Below, one piece after another: positions 11,249 to 22,295 of a stretch of 42,238 nt of DNA; the stretch's first letter is position 1, and every line of letters begins with the position of its first letter. Made by a program: the position numbers and the translations under genes. The notes under the pieces were generated by a model, which did no database searches, was not told the origin of the DNA, and was given only the letters and a program-made list of their open reading frames with translations. This DNA comes from a virus (lineage: Duplodnaviria; Heunggongvirae; Uroviricota; Caudoviricetes), in the IMG/VR virus record IMGVR_UViG_2703718851_000004, positions 1 through 42,238 of that record; one strand, 5' to 3'.

Positions 11249-11949
11249 CAGTCAATCAGCCCATGTAATCTAAGTGCTGTTTCAAGCGCCAGAATACGCT
11301 GCCGCGCCTGCTGCAAACCTGTAGCGAGAGCCGCGACTTCGGATTGTGTGTACGTAGTGCCGACCGTGTATGACTGGTTAGCGTTGAATGAGCCAAGAAG
11401 AGGTGTACCTGTGGCTGCAGTCCATCCGGTATTTCTTGCTCCAACAACCTGAATTCCATCAACTGAATATGATGTTTTTACATCCAGCGGTGACGCAAGA
11501 GACTGCGATTCGGTTACGGTTTTCGATACGTAATCACTCTTAATGTCAGATACATCGCTTTCTACGCCATCCAGTCTTTGGTCAACAGTGACCAGATGCG
11601 CCTGAATATCGATAACCTCATCCAGCAAGTAATCAACATCGCTACGCAGTACGACTATCTTCCCTTCGGCGGTTGTTAACCTGACCTCAAGGAGATTTAT
11701 CGCTTTTGTGTTTGCGGTGATTCTTGCATCGTGGTCAGCCAGTTCGACATCCTGCTCATCGTTCCTGACCTGTGCATCATAAGCGCCCTGTCCGGCCTCG
11801 TTGGCCTTGTTAGCCACGTTACCAACATCAGTGCCCTGTGCGATAACGTAAAGCAGATACGACTGCGAGAAGATATTGCGTGGAAGGACTGATGTGTCGA
11901 GCCGTGTAGCCTGAATGATTACCGGCACATTGAGATTCGAATCCGCCAT
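11248..11949 (-). CDS. Tail needle protein, P22 gp26-like
   Basis: 233 aa; N-terminal [16 protein letters not shown] and C-terminal LRLHGLID resemble P22 gp26 from memory; central coiled coil. Confidence 0.85.
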   Translation of the reverse strand: MADSNLNVPVIIQATRLDTSVLPRNIFSQSYLLYVIAQGTDVGNVANKANEAGQGAYDAQVRNDEQDVELADHDARITANTKAINLLEVRLTTAEGKIVVLRSDVDYLLDEVIDIQAHLVTVDQRLDGVESDVSDIKSDYVSKTVTESQSLASPLDVKTSYSVDGIQVVGARNTGWTAATGTPLLGSFNANQSYTVGTTYTQSEVAALATGLQQARQRILALETALRLHGLID

Positions 11950-13367
11950 TACTCAATCCTTATCTGAGCGCCAGACAGAGTGACAGGTGACTTCGTGATA
12001 ACGCGCAATTTGAAACCAATGTTTTTCCTGATGCGCCCTACTTTCTTCCACAAAACGCGTTTGTCGTAAACGAACGGTTCATTCTGCTCAATCATCTGCT
12101 CACGACCGTAATTTATGCCGTCAGTGGTTGCAGAGAGGAACAGGCGGTCGGCGTACTGAGCTACGCCAGTGGATGATTCCACCTCCAGATCGAAGCATCT
12201 GGCGTTATCCGCTTTGAACAGTGGAGTAAACAGCAGGTGTTCCTGTTGAAGCCCATACTGACTGCTGATATCGAACTGCAATTTCCCGGTCACCGATTCC
12301 AGCTTATCGCCGCACGTTATCTGATTTCCTTCGTAAATGAAATCGATAGCGCGGTACACATCGTCATACAGGCCTGTTTTCAGCACACACCATTGCGGAC
12401 CATTGGCACTTGAAGATGCGTCGTACACGAGTACATGGCGCGGAAGGTGGATAATCAGCAGCTCATGAGCATCAAACCGCAGCGATTCCATCACACCATC
12501 AGCCAGTTCATCAGCAGTGTAGGAGCGGAGAATTTTCTCAATGCTCGCGATGGCGATTGGTGACACCTGACCGGAGCCGATGATATATACAGACGGTGCA
12601 CCTGTTGCCGGATTGCTGATGAAAGCATAGGAATCAGCAAACGGCGTTTTGCAGTAAGTCCCGGCGATGCCTTTTTGCACCATCAGTGATGGCTGCGCGA
12701 CATACAAAGCAGCACCAACGGTGGTTGCGCCAGTCAGGGAGAAATATTCAATAGTCGATGAACCAAAGCAGACGATGAAGTCTCGCCATGTTCCGATGCC
12801 GAGGATACCGTCCGGCTGCGATTCTGCGCGATATTGTGCGCTGTAACGGTCAGGATGCGATTCGTCTTCAAGGTCAGTGATAAACCATGAATCAGAGCCG
12901 TCTTTTGACCACGCATAACGCCCACGTAAGCGCGTAATGTCACGAACAGAACCTAACTCATACTGAGTGAATCCGCTGTCTGTAGGCCAGTTTGAGACGG
13001 TTTTAACCGTACCATCATAGCGATACTCGACCAGTTGACCATTAACGCCTACCGCCTGTGATGTTCGACCATGCGCCATTGATACGCGACCACTTCCGGC
13101 AACATTACCGACTTCGCTTTCTCCTTTGTACAGCTTGCCACCACACACGCGATAAACAGCATTCTGCGCCATGTTGTACTCGACGCCGCGCGATACACCG
13201 TTCACATCAGAGCGTTTGGCAATGCCCGGGAATGAGCGAAGATATCCGCTGCTGTTGAGGATTTCTTTGGGTGTAGCCAGCATATTCACTGGCAGATAGT
13301 CGATATAGTCGGCGTTTCGAAAGTCTTTGCCGACACCTTTCATAAGCGGAAGTTGCTGAATCGGCAT
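11949..13367 (-). CDS. Tail accessory (head-completion) protein, P22 gp10-like
   Basis: 472 aa; synteny between gp4 and gp26. Confidence 0.8.
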   Translation of the reverse strand: MPIQQLPLMKGVGKDFRNADYIDYLPVNMLATPKEILNSSGYLRSFPGIAKRSDVNGVSRGVEYNMAQNAVYRVCGGKLYKGESEVGNVAGSGRVSMAHGRTSQAVGVNGQLVEYRYDGTVKTVSNWPTDSGFTQYELGSVRDITRLRGRYAWSKDGSDSWFITDLEDESHPDRYSAQYRAESQPDGILGIGTWRDFIVCFGSSTIEYFSLTGATTVGAALYVAQPSLMVQKGIAGTYCKTPFADSYAFISNPATGAPSVYIIGSGQVSPIAIASIEKILRSYTADELADGVMESLRFDAHELLIIHLPRHVLVYDASSSANGPQWCVLKTGLYDDVYRAIDFIYEGNQITCGDKLESVTGKLQFDISSQYGLQQEHLLFTPLFKADNARCFDLEVESSTGVAQYADRLFLSATTDGINYGREQMIEQNEPFVYDKRVLWKKVGRIRKNIGFKLRVITKSPVTLSGAQIRIE

Positions 13368-13375
13368 TTATTCAC

Positions 13376-13858
13376 CTATGCGTTTGGGATATCGCCATCA
13401 ATCATAGGGAGATCGCCTGGATAATATCGGTCAGATGTAAACACGTCATATTTATTACCCTGTCCTACAGGAAAATCTCCACGTCGTCGCATTGAAGGAA
13501 CAACCAGAGTGTCGGTCATCAAGGCATCATATGAGCGTTGGGCGTTACTGAGAACTTGCGGAGTTGGCTCAAGGCTGTAATCAGATAGCATTCTCAGCAA
13601 TAACTGATAGCCTACTGCGTGTTTGTATTTTCTTGGAAGACCTGACTCATCATCTGGTAATGGCTGCTCATCTCCAGTTGCGAAAGCGTAACCAATGTCG
13701 CCGGGGTTAATCATCCACTCGGACATCATATCTTCCAGATCATTTACACCATCTTCAATTGATTGCGGCTCAACATCAGTCAGCGATGCATTAGAAGCAA
13801 TAGCAAACTTACGAAGCGCAAAAAGGACGATCTCACCCTTTGTCAGTACTGTTGCCAT
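13376..13858 (-). CDS. Tail accessory protein, P22 gp4-like
   Basis: 160 aa; first gene after coat in P22-type order 5-4-10-26. Confidence 0.8.
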   Translation of the reverse strand: MATVLTKGEIVLFALRKFAIASNASLTDVEPQSIEDGVNDLEDMMSEWMINPGDIGYAFATGDEQPLPDDESGLPRKYKHAVGYQLLLRMLSDYSLEPTPQVLSNAQRSYDALMTDTLVVPSMRRRGDFPVGQGNKYDVFTSDRYYPGDLPMIDGDIPNA

Positions 13859-14018
13859 TGTCCGCCGCCTTACGACATCGCTTACTGGTCGGTTTCAATT
13901 CATCAACTGAGGCAACAAAGCCCAACCTTTCGAAAAACTGGAAGTCTTTTTCTGCGATAACGGCCTGTACATGCCCGGATTCGTTATCTGCGGCAAGGAA
14001 TACACTCATCCGATCCAT
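13833..14018 (-). CDS. Small hypothetical protein between coat terminator and gp4
   Basis: 61-aa ORF with AAGGAA RBS 6 nt upstream of ATG; overlaps gp4 start. Confidence 0.4.
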   Translation of the reverse strand: MDRMSVFLAADNESGHVQAVIAEKDFQFFERLGFVASVDELKPTSKRCRKAADNGNSTDKG

Positions 14019-14036
14019 ATTGTTTCCTTAAAACAT

Positions 14037-14058
14037 AAAAGGGGCGTAAGCCCCTTGT
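14037..14058 (-). terminator. Intrinsic terminator/attenuator after coat gene
   Basis: Stem AAGGGGC/GCCCCTT with loop GTAA, followed on minus strand by TTTTATGTTTT. Confidence 0.6.
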
Positions 14059-14060
14059 TA

Positions 14061-15332
14061 TTACGGATTACCGAAGAACTGACCGCCCATGTGAGGGTTA
14101 AAGCACACATATGCAGGCAGTAAGTCGAAGCGCATTTTTTGCACGTTGGCATCGCCATCTGCGTATTTATGTACGCGGATGGAGAAACCTTCATATGTTG
14201 CAACAGCAGAATCAATACTGTGCAGTTTCGGCAGTGGGATAGAGCCAAGTCCACAGAAGAACTTGTTATAGAACAGGTTTGGCTTCATTGTCTGGCTAGC
14301 AGTGCCTACTACAGATACGGCATCGCCTGCCTCTACCTGACGACTTACAGAGTTGTACTGCGGGTTTGTAGTGTCATAAATCGGAACACCAGAAAGCGTA
14401 ACCGTCACATCGCCACTGCTGTCTGAATTAGCATCAGCAGTAACCGTTGCAGTGAAGCTAATTGGTGTGGCTCCGTTATACAACGCCTGTTTGGTCTGCT
14501 GTTGCAGCCAGTAGGTATTGGTGAATTTGACCTGATCACCAGCTTTCAGAAAACCTGTAACGCTGGCTGTCGCTCCGGTCAATGTTACAGTGAACTGGTA
14601 TGAGTCTTTAACTGCGTTATAGGTAACAGTTGGCTGTGTTTTGACTGTCAGTGTTCCGCCAAATGCCCCCTGCGTACGAGAGGCAAGCCCATTAGACATC
14701 AGTGCGCGAATGCCGCCAAAATTGGTTGGGATCTGTGCGTTCTCCCATGCAGTACGAACCAATTGATCTGAAGCATGCAAACCAGTCTGCGCATCAGCAA
14801 GTCGCTGTGCAGACCATGGATCCATTACAGCATAGTTTTCACCTTCATTAACGCCGAGGTCTTTCAGGAAAGATGCCGTCTGCGCAACATCAGACCATTT
14901 GGTGATTGGAGTATTGGGGCTACCAAGTGACAACGCACCGTTATTCATCATGAAGTGAGCAAGCTCTGTTTCAAGGTCGGTAACGATTCGCTGGCGAACC
15001 GGCGCGAGAATTTCTTCCAGCTGGTTAAGCTTGATCGCTTCCTCCAGTTGCTGATATTCAACAGCAACAGTGATGTAGTTACCTACACGCCCCGTAGCTT
15101 TACCTGAGATCAGGTTGTTTTTATTTTGCCCTGAAATATCACCAGTGGGAGTACGGAGGGATGAGAATTGATGCGGACGTTTAAAGCTAACGCTATCGCC
15201 AGTGCTGGAGTTGATTTCACCTGCCAGCAACTGACGGTCTACGGTTTTCGCCAGAACTAAATCTGACATAAAACCCGGAAGGAATTTTTTCAGAACGATT
15301 TGACTGACGTTACTGTCGAGATTGTTAGGCAT
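14061..15332 (-). CDS. Major coat protein, P22/Sf6 gp5-like
   Basis: 423 aa; follows scaffold gene; followed by terminator. Confidence 0.88.
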   Translation of the reverse strand: MPNNLDSNVSQIVLKKFLPGFMSDLVLAKTVDRQLLAGEINSSTGDSVSFKRPHQFSSLRTPTGDISGQNKNNLISGKATGRVGNYITVAVEYQQLEEAIKLNQLEEILAPVRQRIVTDLETELAHFMMNNGALSLGSPNTPITKWSDVAQTASFLKDLGVNEGENYAVMDPWSAQRLADAQTGLHASDQLVRTAWENAQIPTNFGGIRALMSNGLASRTQGAFGGTLTVKTQPTVTYNAVKDSYQFTVTLTGATASVTGFLKAGDQVKFTNTYWLQQQTKQALYNGATPISFTATVTADANSDSSGDVTVTLSGVPIYDTTNPQYNSVSRQVEAGDAVSVVGTASQTMKPNLFYNKFFCGLGSIPLPKLHSIDSAVATYEGFSIRVHKYADGDANVQKMRFDLLPAYVCFNPHMGGQFFGNP

Positions 15333-15343
15333 TTATCTTTTCC

Positions 15344-16228
15344 TTATTCGATTTTTGCGCCGGGGCATAATTTGTTGAATTCGTCTTGTTTCGCATCAGC
15401 ACCGCCACCACGTACTTCCGGCTCTGGCTTGATGGCTTTCTTTGGTTTTGGAGCAAGGCTTACCTGTTTGCTAATCTGCCCCAAGAGGAATGCTGCGCGA
15501 ATTGGATCTGTCTCAGCGGCTACACGCTGGCGTAATTGCTGACTCTTACCTAAGCCATAGGCGAGTAGTTCAGAGCCTTCGTCTGCACAGTGAATGATGA
15601 TTTCCTGCTGAATTGGTGGTAGCTCACTAAGAACAATGGCTTCCATTTCCTGATAATCTTTCACAGGAAGTTTGGCTGCCCGTTGTTTATGCGCTTCTAC
15701 CCTTTGCTGGAAACGCTGTTGGTATTCCTGTTGCTGACGTAGTTTTTGTTGCTGCTGCTGTTCGACACGGCCTTTTTTCTCATGCCAATCAGTCAATGCC
15801 TGTTCAAACGCCTGTTCGTCATAATCACACGACTCAAGAGTCGGTTTTGGTGGAATAGCGTCTGGTTGTGGTTGCTGATGTTCCGCAGGCTTGGCTAATG
15901 CTTCCTCAAGCTGGCGGCGCAACTCACGGTTTTCTTTCTGTGTTTCTTTGAAGCCTTTGCGAAGATCTTTCACCCATTGCGGTGCAGGTTGCCCGTCAAT
16001 GTGATCATCATCGTCAGCGTTAAGCTGAATTTCTTCATCACCAATACGCAAGGCGTAATCTTCTGGTGTCTCTTCGGTTTTTTCAGGCTCAGTTGCCACC
16101 TCTTTACCGTTGTCATCCTGGCTTTCATTCTCAGGCTGTGACTCTGTTTGGATGATGGTTTCTTCTGCATTTTCCTGTGTTTCAGACAGGCCAATAACCT
16201 GACCGTCGATGATCAGTTCGTTTTCCAT
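15344..16228 (-). CDS. Scaffolding protein
   Basis: 294 aa, acidic and Q-rich helical protein between portal and coat. Confidence 0.8.
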   Translation of the reverse strand: MENELIIDGQVIGLSETQENAEETIIQTESQPENESQDDNGKEVATEPEKTEETPEDYALRIGDEEIQLNADDDDHIDGQPAPQWVKDLRKGFKETQKENRELRRQLEEALAKPAEHQQPQPDAIPPKPTLESCDYDEQAFEQALTDWHEKKGRVEQQQQQKLRQQQEYQQRFQQRVEAHKQRAAKLPVKDYQEMEAIVLSELPPIQQEIIIHCADEGSELLAYGLGKSQQLRQRVAAETDPIRAAFLLGQISKQVSLAPKPKKAIKPEPEVRGGGADAKQDEFNKLCPGAKIE

Positions 16229-16241
16229 TGATTACTCCTGG

Positions 16242-18377
16242 TTAACTCGGCATTAAGTCTGCCGGAGACTGTGGTGGTGACTGGAATTGCTGTTGTTGTG
16301 ACTCGGCGACATCTTTCAGAAGGCGTATTGCCTCCATCACTGCTTTGTCATCGATGTTTCTGGCTTGGGCCAGTTTATAGACAGTGTTTGCCTGACTCTC
16401 CATCGCATCCTGCTGGGCAGTAAATGCTTTGATTTGAGTTTGAGCAGTTTCGTTAGTTGCTTTTTGCGCTTCTGCCTGCGCTGCTACCATTTGCGCCTGA
16501 GCGAGAACCATTTCAGGATTTGGCTGGCTTTGTGCTGCCATTTGCGCCTGTTGAACAATCTGCTGCTCTTTCTCATTGCGTGGTTTTGCAATACCAGATA
16601 TCAGCAGTTGGTTTCGGTTGTACTCTTTGAAGTCATCAAGGCCTTCGCCATCGATATTGTCCAGAATAATACCCTGAATTGCCGGGCGCATTGGGTCTGT
16701 TGGAAGCATAGAGCTAAGGACATTTGTCAGTACAGAAACCGTTGCATCACGTCGTGCTGTGTAGCTTGGTCCAACATCAACCGTCACATCGTATCGACCG
16801 ACAGAAAGGTCATTTAACGCAACAACAGCCCCTGTTTGCCTGTCAACAACCTGTGCGCTCAGGACAGCGATATCATCACTTCCATCTTCGTTAACGATGC
16901 GCACTTCACGTTCTGAACCGTACACTTCACGCGCCATTGACAGCCATACTTCACCAGCGCGTTTAAGACTTTTCGCCATATTGTCCAGATAGATAAACGA
17001 AGCCATATCTGCTCTGTTCATCAAGTTGTTAACCGTTTCCTGAGCAATATTACTTGGCATCTGCTGCATGGCCTGACTGCCGCCTGTAACCTCCTGAATA
17101 TCAGCACTGGTTTGCTGTAGTAATGCAGCCAATGCCTGATTCATAACCGCAGGCTGTGTATATCCTGCCGGGGTAGCTCCAGCGATGATGTTGCCAGATT
17201 TATCTCTCACTTCGCGCAACGGCAAGAACGCTGGTCGTTTCTTGTTGCGAGCCTCCCAGTGCTTCTCAAGTCCACGTATTTGCTCCATGCCAACTATAGG
17301 GATCTGACCGGGGTCTTGCGCTGCAGTATCAGCCAGCATTGATACCTGAAGGTTGTACAAACGCTGTGGATCCATTGCTTTTGCAATATGTCCTTCGACA
17401 CGCTCAATGTCATCAATGAACCAGCGTTTTCCATAAACCGGGATGAGGGGGATATGCTCACCAGGAATACGTCGAGGTTTCTCAAGGAAATCATCACCAT
17501 CCACTACGGATACATACACACGACGGCGCTTCACTGAGCGCCTTGCCACTTCCTGAAATCCAGCTATTGCCAGTTCATCTTCAATATCTTCGACCTGATC
17601 ACTGTCGTATGTTGCAATCTCTCCAGTGATTGGATGTCGATAACTGATGACGTCAACAGACTCTTTACGAACTTCGTAATACTTCGCTATGTAAATAACA
17701 TCTGCATCAAACCAGTCATATTCCCAACTGGTCATAGACGTTACATCCAGAGAAGCAGGAGGTTTCTTTCCGTATTCAGCCTCATATTTTTCAGGTGACA
17801 ACGAATACATGCAGAACGCCCACAACGCGTCAGATTTGTCGTACTTCTTAGCGTCAGGGTCAAACCACACAGAGCGCGACGGGTCGTATATTGGTTCAAT
17901 AGCAATACGCTGACGATCGTCCATGGGGTCGTATTCATTGACCAGCATCGACGTCAAACGGAAGCAACCGAAACCACCAGTAGCAGCGTCGTCAAATGCA
18001 TTATCGCAAGCCTCACCGCCATCAGTTTCTTCGTAGTCAGCACGGAACAGACCATTTAATTTATTGGCTAACTCTTCGCTTGCCTCTCTGTCACCAGGAC
18101 GAAACTTAACGGTGATTCTGTTATTGCGGTATTCTGCAATGATGCGGTTAAGTTCAGTTGCTACCTTATTGATTTCAAACTTAGGATACTTCTCGAACTG
18201 CTCATCAAGCTTAGTTCCAGCCGCCGTTGCTCCTTCCCATTGACCTCCGGGGACACGAGCAAACCTCGTAGCTTCAATGCACTTTTCGCGCACTTCCTGC
18301 TGTGGAGAATAGGCGCGGTCAAACCTGAGCATGATCCGCTCATGTTTTTTCTCTAATGTCTCTGCCATGTTTACCAA
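16242..18377 (-). CDS. Portal protein
   Basis: 711 aa; follows terL; size and position as P22 gp1/Sf6 gp3. Confidence 0.88.
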   Translation of the reverse strand: MVNMAETLEKKHERIMLRFDRAYSPQQEVREKCIEATRFARVPGGQWEGATAAGTKLDEQFEKYPKFEINKVATELNRIIAEYRNNRITVKFRPGDREASEELANKLNGLFRADYEETDGGEACDNAFDDAATGGFGCFRLTSMLVNEYDPMDDRQRIAIEPIYDPSRSVWFDPDAKKYDKSDALWAFCMYSLSPEKYEAEYGKKPPASLDVTSMTSWEYDWFDADVIYIAKYYEVRKESVDVISYRHPITGEIATYDSDQVEDIEDELAIAGFQEVARRSVKRRRVYVSVVDGDDFLEKPRRIPGEHIPLIPVYGKRWFIDDIERVEGHIAKAMDPQRLYNLQVSMLADTAAQDPGQIPIVGMEQIRGLEKHWEARNKKRPAFLPLREVRDKSGNIIAGATPAGYTQPAVMNQALAALLQQTSADIQEVTGGSQAMQQMPSNIAQETVNNLMNRADMASFIYLDNMAKSLKRAGEVWLSMAREVYGSEREVRIVNEDGSDDIAVLSAQVVDRQTGAVVALNDLSVGRYDVTVDVGPSYTARRDATVSVLTNVLSSMLPTDPMRPAIQGIILDNIDGEGLDDFKEYNRNQLLISGIAKPRNEKEQQIVQQAQMAAQSQPNPEMVLAQAQMVAAQAEAQKATNETAQTQIKAFTAQQDAMESQANTVYKLAQARNIDDKAVMEAIRLLKDVAESQQQQFQSPPQSPADLMPS

Positions 18378-19783
18378 CCGGAGGATGAGGGAACGTATAT
18401 TTCAGTTTCTTCGCGGACCAATGCCGGGCAATGCATACACATCATCAGCGCATCAGCCAGGTTAGGAGATGGAATACCGAGCTTCTGCTTCATTTCGACC
18501 TTAGTCATAAGCTCCAGCTTCCCGTTATTATTGAATTTGCGCTGAATCTGCGTCAGTTCTGCAAACAGCTTCTCCAGCATCTTCTCGCCTATCGCTTCTT
18601 TGTCGAAACTCAGCATGTCGTCGGGGTCTGCATACTCACCGTGGACAACCGCCCGATATGTCAGATACAGCCTGTCAGCCAGCGCGTAATAGAATTGCGC
18701 TCGCTTATTGCGGAATACATCGCCAATAGTGCGAACGTTGTCGCCCTGTACGACTTCATCAGCCCATGCTCCGGCCTGATAAGGCGCATCTTCATCGAAT
18801 GGCGATTCGCTGCCCTTGAACATCGTAGCGGTAATTTTCTTGCCGGAGAACGCTTCCGTTGTCTGTCTGCGTAGCCCGGCACCAACACCATCACCATCCC
18901 ACAGGTAGTGGTCAGAGCCGTCTTCAATCGCCAGCGAAGTAGCCCAGTCAGCACCCTCGTTGATGTCCATCAGCAGACCTTCGGCAATGCGCTTAACTAC
19001 CGAACCGTGACGCGATGCATAACCTTTAGCATCTGGCCCTGTATCTGATGGGTCATGCGCAGAGACAACAGCACCTTTCGCTTTCCATCCGAGTTTCTTG
19101 TGCGCATCGGTTGCGGCTTCAAGCCATTCACGTTTGATGATTGCCATATCACTTGCGCTTACTGGCTCACCAAGCCAGATGTGACGATACAGTGTCGGAT
19201 TTCTGCGTTTACACTCTTCCATCTCCAGACGGAGAACTTCAGGAAAGTGCGGGTTGTCGGTGTAGTTCACCGTCAGTAGGCAAATATCATCGGGAGGATT
19301 TACGACGAACCGCTGATAGGTATCGTCGAGTATGTTTTTCGGGTTGAAGCTTACCCATATTTCAGAGAACGGCTTACGGATGGTTGGTATCAGGATATCC
19401 CACGATTCCTTCGTTACCGCTTCCGCTTCTTCCACCCAGCAGATATCAATGCCTTCGAGCGATTTAATCTTCGTCGGGTTGTTTTTGATGCCGTAGAACA
19501 TGAATTCAGCATTCGTTCCGAGATGACGAATCATGGAACGCTGAATTTCAAACTCGGCCGAATACCCTTCCCGCTCGATGGTGTCTTCAAGCAACCGGAT
19601 TACCGAATCGCTGATACTGTTTTGCAGTTCACGAGCGCAGAGAATACGCACAGGCTGCCGACGTGCCGCCTCAACAAGCAGCCTCGCAATTGCCCATGAT
19701 TTACCGCTACCTCGACCGCCTTTGGCGACTTTGTAGCGATGCGCCTCAATGAACGGTTCAAAGATAGGATTAATCGAGGTCAT
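18371..19783 (-). CDS. Terminase large subunit
   Basis: 470 aa; Walker A-like KGGRGSGKS near N terminus and C-terminal nuclease region; overlaps terS stop. Confidence 0.9.
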   Translation of the reverse strand: MTSINPIFEPFIEAHRYKVAKGGRGSGKSWAIARLLVEAARRQPVRILCARELQNSISDSVIRLLEDTIEREGYSAEFEIQRSMIRHLGTNAEFMFYGIKNNPTKIKSLEGIDICWVEEAEAVTKESWDILIPTIRKPFSEIWVSFNPKNILDDTYQRFVVNPPDDICLLTVNYTDNPHFPEVLRLEMEECKRRNPTLYRHIWLGEPVSASDMAIIKREWLEAATDAHKKLGWKAKGAVVSAHDPSDTGPDAKGYASRHGSVVKRIAEGLLMDINEGADWATSLAIEDGSDHYLWDGDGVGAGLRRQTTEAFSGKKITATMFKGSESPFDEDAPYQAGAWADEVVQGDNVRTIGDVFRNKRAQFYYALADRLYLTYRAVVHGEYADPDDMLSFDKEAIGEKMLEKLFAELTQIQRKFNNNGKLELMTKVEMKQKLGIPSPNLADALMMCMHCPALVREETEIYVPSSSGW

Positions 19784-20220
19784 TTTCCGAATAGAGTGCT
19801 CATCGGTGATGTTTCAATCTGAATTGCGCCGCCGTCTTTGCCTGTTAGCTCGTGATCAACCTTGTCGCGCCATTTATCCTTCTGTCGGTTCTTAAGCCAG
19901 AAGATGGCGGCGGTTGTATCAGGCGGGTAATACTTCTCAAGCGGAGTTTCGACAATTCTGTTTTCAATAACACGAATATCGATGTCTGGAGCCACGAAGC
20001 CCATAGCGCGTTGATAAAGACGGTCACTAACTTCTGCATCAGCGACGGCCTTACCCTTTTTTATGGACTCCGAAAACTTAGGATAATCAAGCTTCCACTT
20101 GTTAATAGTTGACTCACTGACTTCAAAGAAATCAGCAAGTTCTGCGTCTGTATAGCCCAGCAAGCACAGTTTGCGTGCCTGTTCGGCATACGCCTCTTGA
20201 TACTTTGTTGGGCGCGCCAT
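19780..20220 (-). CDS. Terminase small subunit
   Basis: 146 aa; N-terminal HTH-like segment (DAELADFFEVSESTINKWK); directly upstream of terL. Confidence 0.8.
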   Translation of the reverse strand: MARPTKYQEAYAEQARKLCLLGYTDAELADFFEVSESTINKWKLDYPKFSESIKKGKAVADAEVSDRLYQRAMGFVAPDIDIRVIENRIVETPLEKYYPPDTTAAIFWLKNRQKDKWRDKVDHELTGKDGGAIQIETSPMSTLFGK

Positions 20221-20222
20221 GT

Positions 20223-20465
20223 TTATGCTCCGGTAGTGAACAGGTCTAACGCTTCCTTCGATTTACGCACCGCTTCGATAGTGCGGGTCGTGATATCTGA
20301 ATTAGCGCCACCTGACTGGAAGTGAATTTTGAATAGCTCAAGCTTCAGCTCGTCAGTGCCAATGAACTGAAATGCTTCTTCTGCAGCTGCGTTCTGGTTC
20401 ATGACCAGTTTGTAAATCTCTAACTGGAATTTCTGTTCTTCAGTCATGGGAATAATCTCTGCCAT
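20223..20465 (-). CDS. Hypothetical protein upstream of terS
   Basis: 80-aa ORF, 2-nt spacing to terS start. Confidence 0.45.
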   Translation of the reverse strand: MAEIIPMTEEQKFQLEIYKLVMNQNAAAEEAFQFIGTDELKLELFKIHFQSGGANSDITTRTIEAVRKSKEALDLFTTGA

Positions 20466-20568
20466 TGTTGGCTCCGTTTATCCGTTAAAAGGGATATCAG
20501 TTAAGTTATCCCGTGTAGGGTATAAGCCATTATCAAAGCCACTCTGTAGGGAATGGCTTTTGTAATAA

Positions 20569-20949
20569 CTACTGTTCGCTTAGCTTCTGCTTCAGCAAGT
20601 AACCTTCGAGCATCCAGATTTTGTTTACAGCATTCTGCCGGGCAATCTTCCGACCAATTTCTGCATCAAAGTTTTCCGGGCTTGCACAGGCACTCTCTCC
20701 GGTGACGGTGAAGCCATTCTTCAGCACCAGTACGCAGAAAGTGAGCAACTTCAATGGTGATAAATCACGATCGCCTTCTTCTGGTTTTTCCCTGCCACAA
20801 TATTCGTTGCTGGAAATGGCACCATTTCGTCCATCATAAGCAGTAAAGTAATGCTCGCTTTTAATCACGTCTTCGATGTGCTGCGGGGTGATTCGCGGTG
20901 CCGTTTTGCCTTTCTCAACGATTTCTTTTTCGATTTGCTGGTCGTTCAT
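20569..20949 (-). CDS. Conserved phage protein of unknown function (possibly Gp49/Sf6-gp66-type family)
   Basis: 126-aa ORF between lysis cassette and terminase genes; family assignment from memory only. Confidence 0.5.
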   Translation of the reverse strand: MNDQQIEKEIVEKGKTAPRITPQHIEDVIKSEHYFTAYDGRNGAISSNEYCGREKPEEGDRDLSPLKLLTFCVLVLKNGFTVTGESACASPENFDAEIGRKIARQNAVNKIWMLEGYLLKQKLSEQ

Positions 20950-21327
20950 AATTATGACCCTGTAGAGTGGTTGCTTGATTAGGATGTCTTTCCATCAGTC
21001 CGCCACCACAAAGAATCTTTTTTGCCATAAGGCTGGAGGTTCATCTTTCAGTGGCTGCCAGTGTTATTTCCCCACTTACTGGCTTGGGTTGTTTCGCTGT
21101 ACTGCCGTAACTGGTTGCCCAGAATAAATTCCGGTTTCATTATCAAGCCCACCCGTAGATAGGCTTTGTAATGAACTGGCCCTTATCTCAACGCAGCCCC
21201 TTACCGCGCGCCAGATGCTCAACTTCAAGCATCAGCAATGAGATGTTTAATCTGGATTTACTCCAGAAGTGATCACCACCCTGTCTACAGAGCCAGATGT
21301 GAAGGATGATGAGTAAAATTATCGCTA

Positions 21328-21795
21328 TCATCGAAGGCATTGCGTCCTAATGTATTCCTGAAGCGTTCTCAGTGCTGTTTGGTCGCGGATAACTCCGTCC
21401 CGGATATCGAGAACGTTTCGTCCAGCAACTGGAGAGAGTTCGACGGTGGCATCATTGCCCATGCCGGAGGCGCTGGAGGTTTCGGCTGAGGATGGCACAG
21501 GGCATTTTCCTTTGACGAGCACCCTGCCACCATTATCAAGCTTCCGCAGAAGAGCATCATTTTCAGCTTTCGCATCAGCTAACTCCTTCGTGTATTTTGC
21601 ATCGAGCGCAGCAACATCACGCTGACGCATCTGCATGTCAGCGATGGTGGCGTTCGCCTTCTCCAGTTCACTGGCCTTGTTATCGCGCTGCTCTTTGTAG
21701 GCGATTGCGTTATCACGGTAATGATTAACAGCCCATAACAGGCAGACGATGATGCAGATAACCAGAGCGGAGATAATCGCGGTTACTCTGCTCAT
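21328..21795 (-). CDS. Rz: Rz i-spanin
   Basis: N-terminal [21 protein letters not shown] anchor and coiled coil, lambda Rz-like; start overlaps endolysin stop (ATGA). Confidence 0.88.
   Translation of the reverse strand: MSRVTAIISALVICIIVCLLWAVNHYRDNAIAYKEQRDNKASELEKANATIADMQMRQRDVAALDAKYTKELADAKAENDALLRKLDNGGRVLVKGKCPVPSSAETSSASGMGNDATVELSPVAGRNVLDIRDGVIRDQTALRTLQEYIRTQCLR
21369..21575 (-). CDS. Rz1: Rz1 o-spanin lipoprotein embedded in Rz (+1 frame)
   Basis: 68 aa; lipobox MVAGC and proline-rich segment [11 protein letters not shown]. Confidence 0.8.
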   Translation of the reverse strand: MRKLKMMLFCGSLIMVAGCSSKENALCHPQPKPPAPPAWAMMPPSNSLQLLDETFSISGTELSATKQH

Positions 21796-22295
21796 TGCTG
21801 CCCCCACAAACAGACTTCACGCTCAATCTCACGACGAGTCATGAGACCTTTCCATTGCTTACCGCCAGCATATGTCCAGCGACGTAGCTGATCACATGCG
21901 CCTTTGATATCGCCCTGGTTTATTTTGCGAAGAAGCGTCGATGTTCTGAAATTGCCAGCGCCCACGTTGTAAACGAACGAGTAAAGAGCGCCGCGCGTTG
22001 TTTCCGGTATATCAACTTTTATGTACGGGTTAATTTGTCTGGCGACCGTGGCAAGGTCTTTATTCAGGAGGGCTTTGCATTCTGCTTTGGTATACGTTTT
22101 ACCGAGCATGATGTCTTTTCCTGTATGCCCGTGACATACAGTCCATACACCAACAATATCTTTGTATGGTATGTAGCTGACACCTTCCAGACCATCGTTA
22201 CCACTTGGCCCAGTGATTAACACAGATGCTATAGCAATAGCCCCGCCACTTATCGCCGCTATTACGCTATTTCGTAGTGCCGGTGACATTGCCAT
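21792..22295 (-). CDS. SAR endolysin (lysozyme, phage-21 R-type)
   Basis: 167 aa; Gly/Ala-rich N-terminal signal-anchor-release segment ([13 protein letters not shown]) followed by lysozyme domain. Confidence 0.88.
   Translation of the reverse strand: MAMSPALRNSVIAAISGGAIAIASVLITGPSGNDGLEGVSYIPYKDIVGVWTVCHGHTGKDIMLGKTYTKAECKALLNKDLATVARQINPYIKVDIPETTRGALYSFVYNVGAGNFRTSTLLRKINQGDIKGACDQLRRWTYAGGKQWKGLMTRREIEREVCLWGQQ

Noticed and set aside
10928-11452. 174-aa plus-strand ORF
   Set aside because: Antisense to the gp14-like and gp26-like genes in the late operon; the same reasoning applies to 16365..16817 (antisense to portal) and 18431..18874 (antisense to terL).
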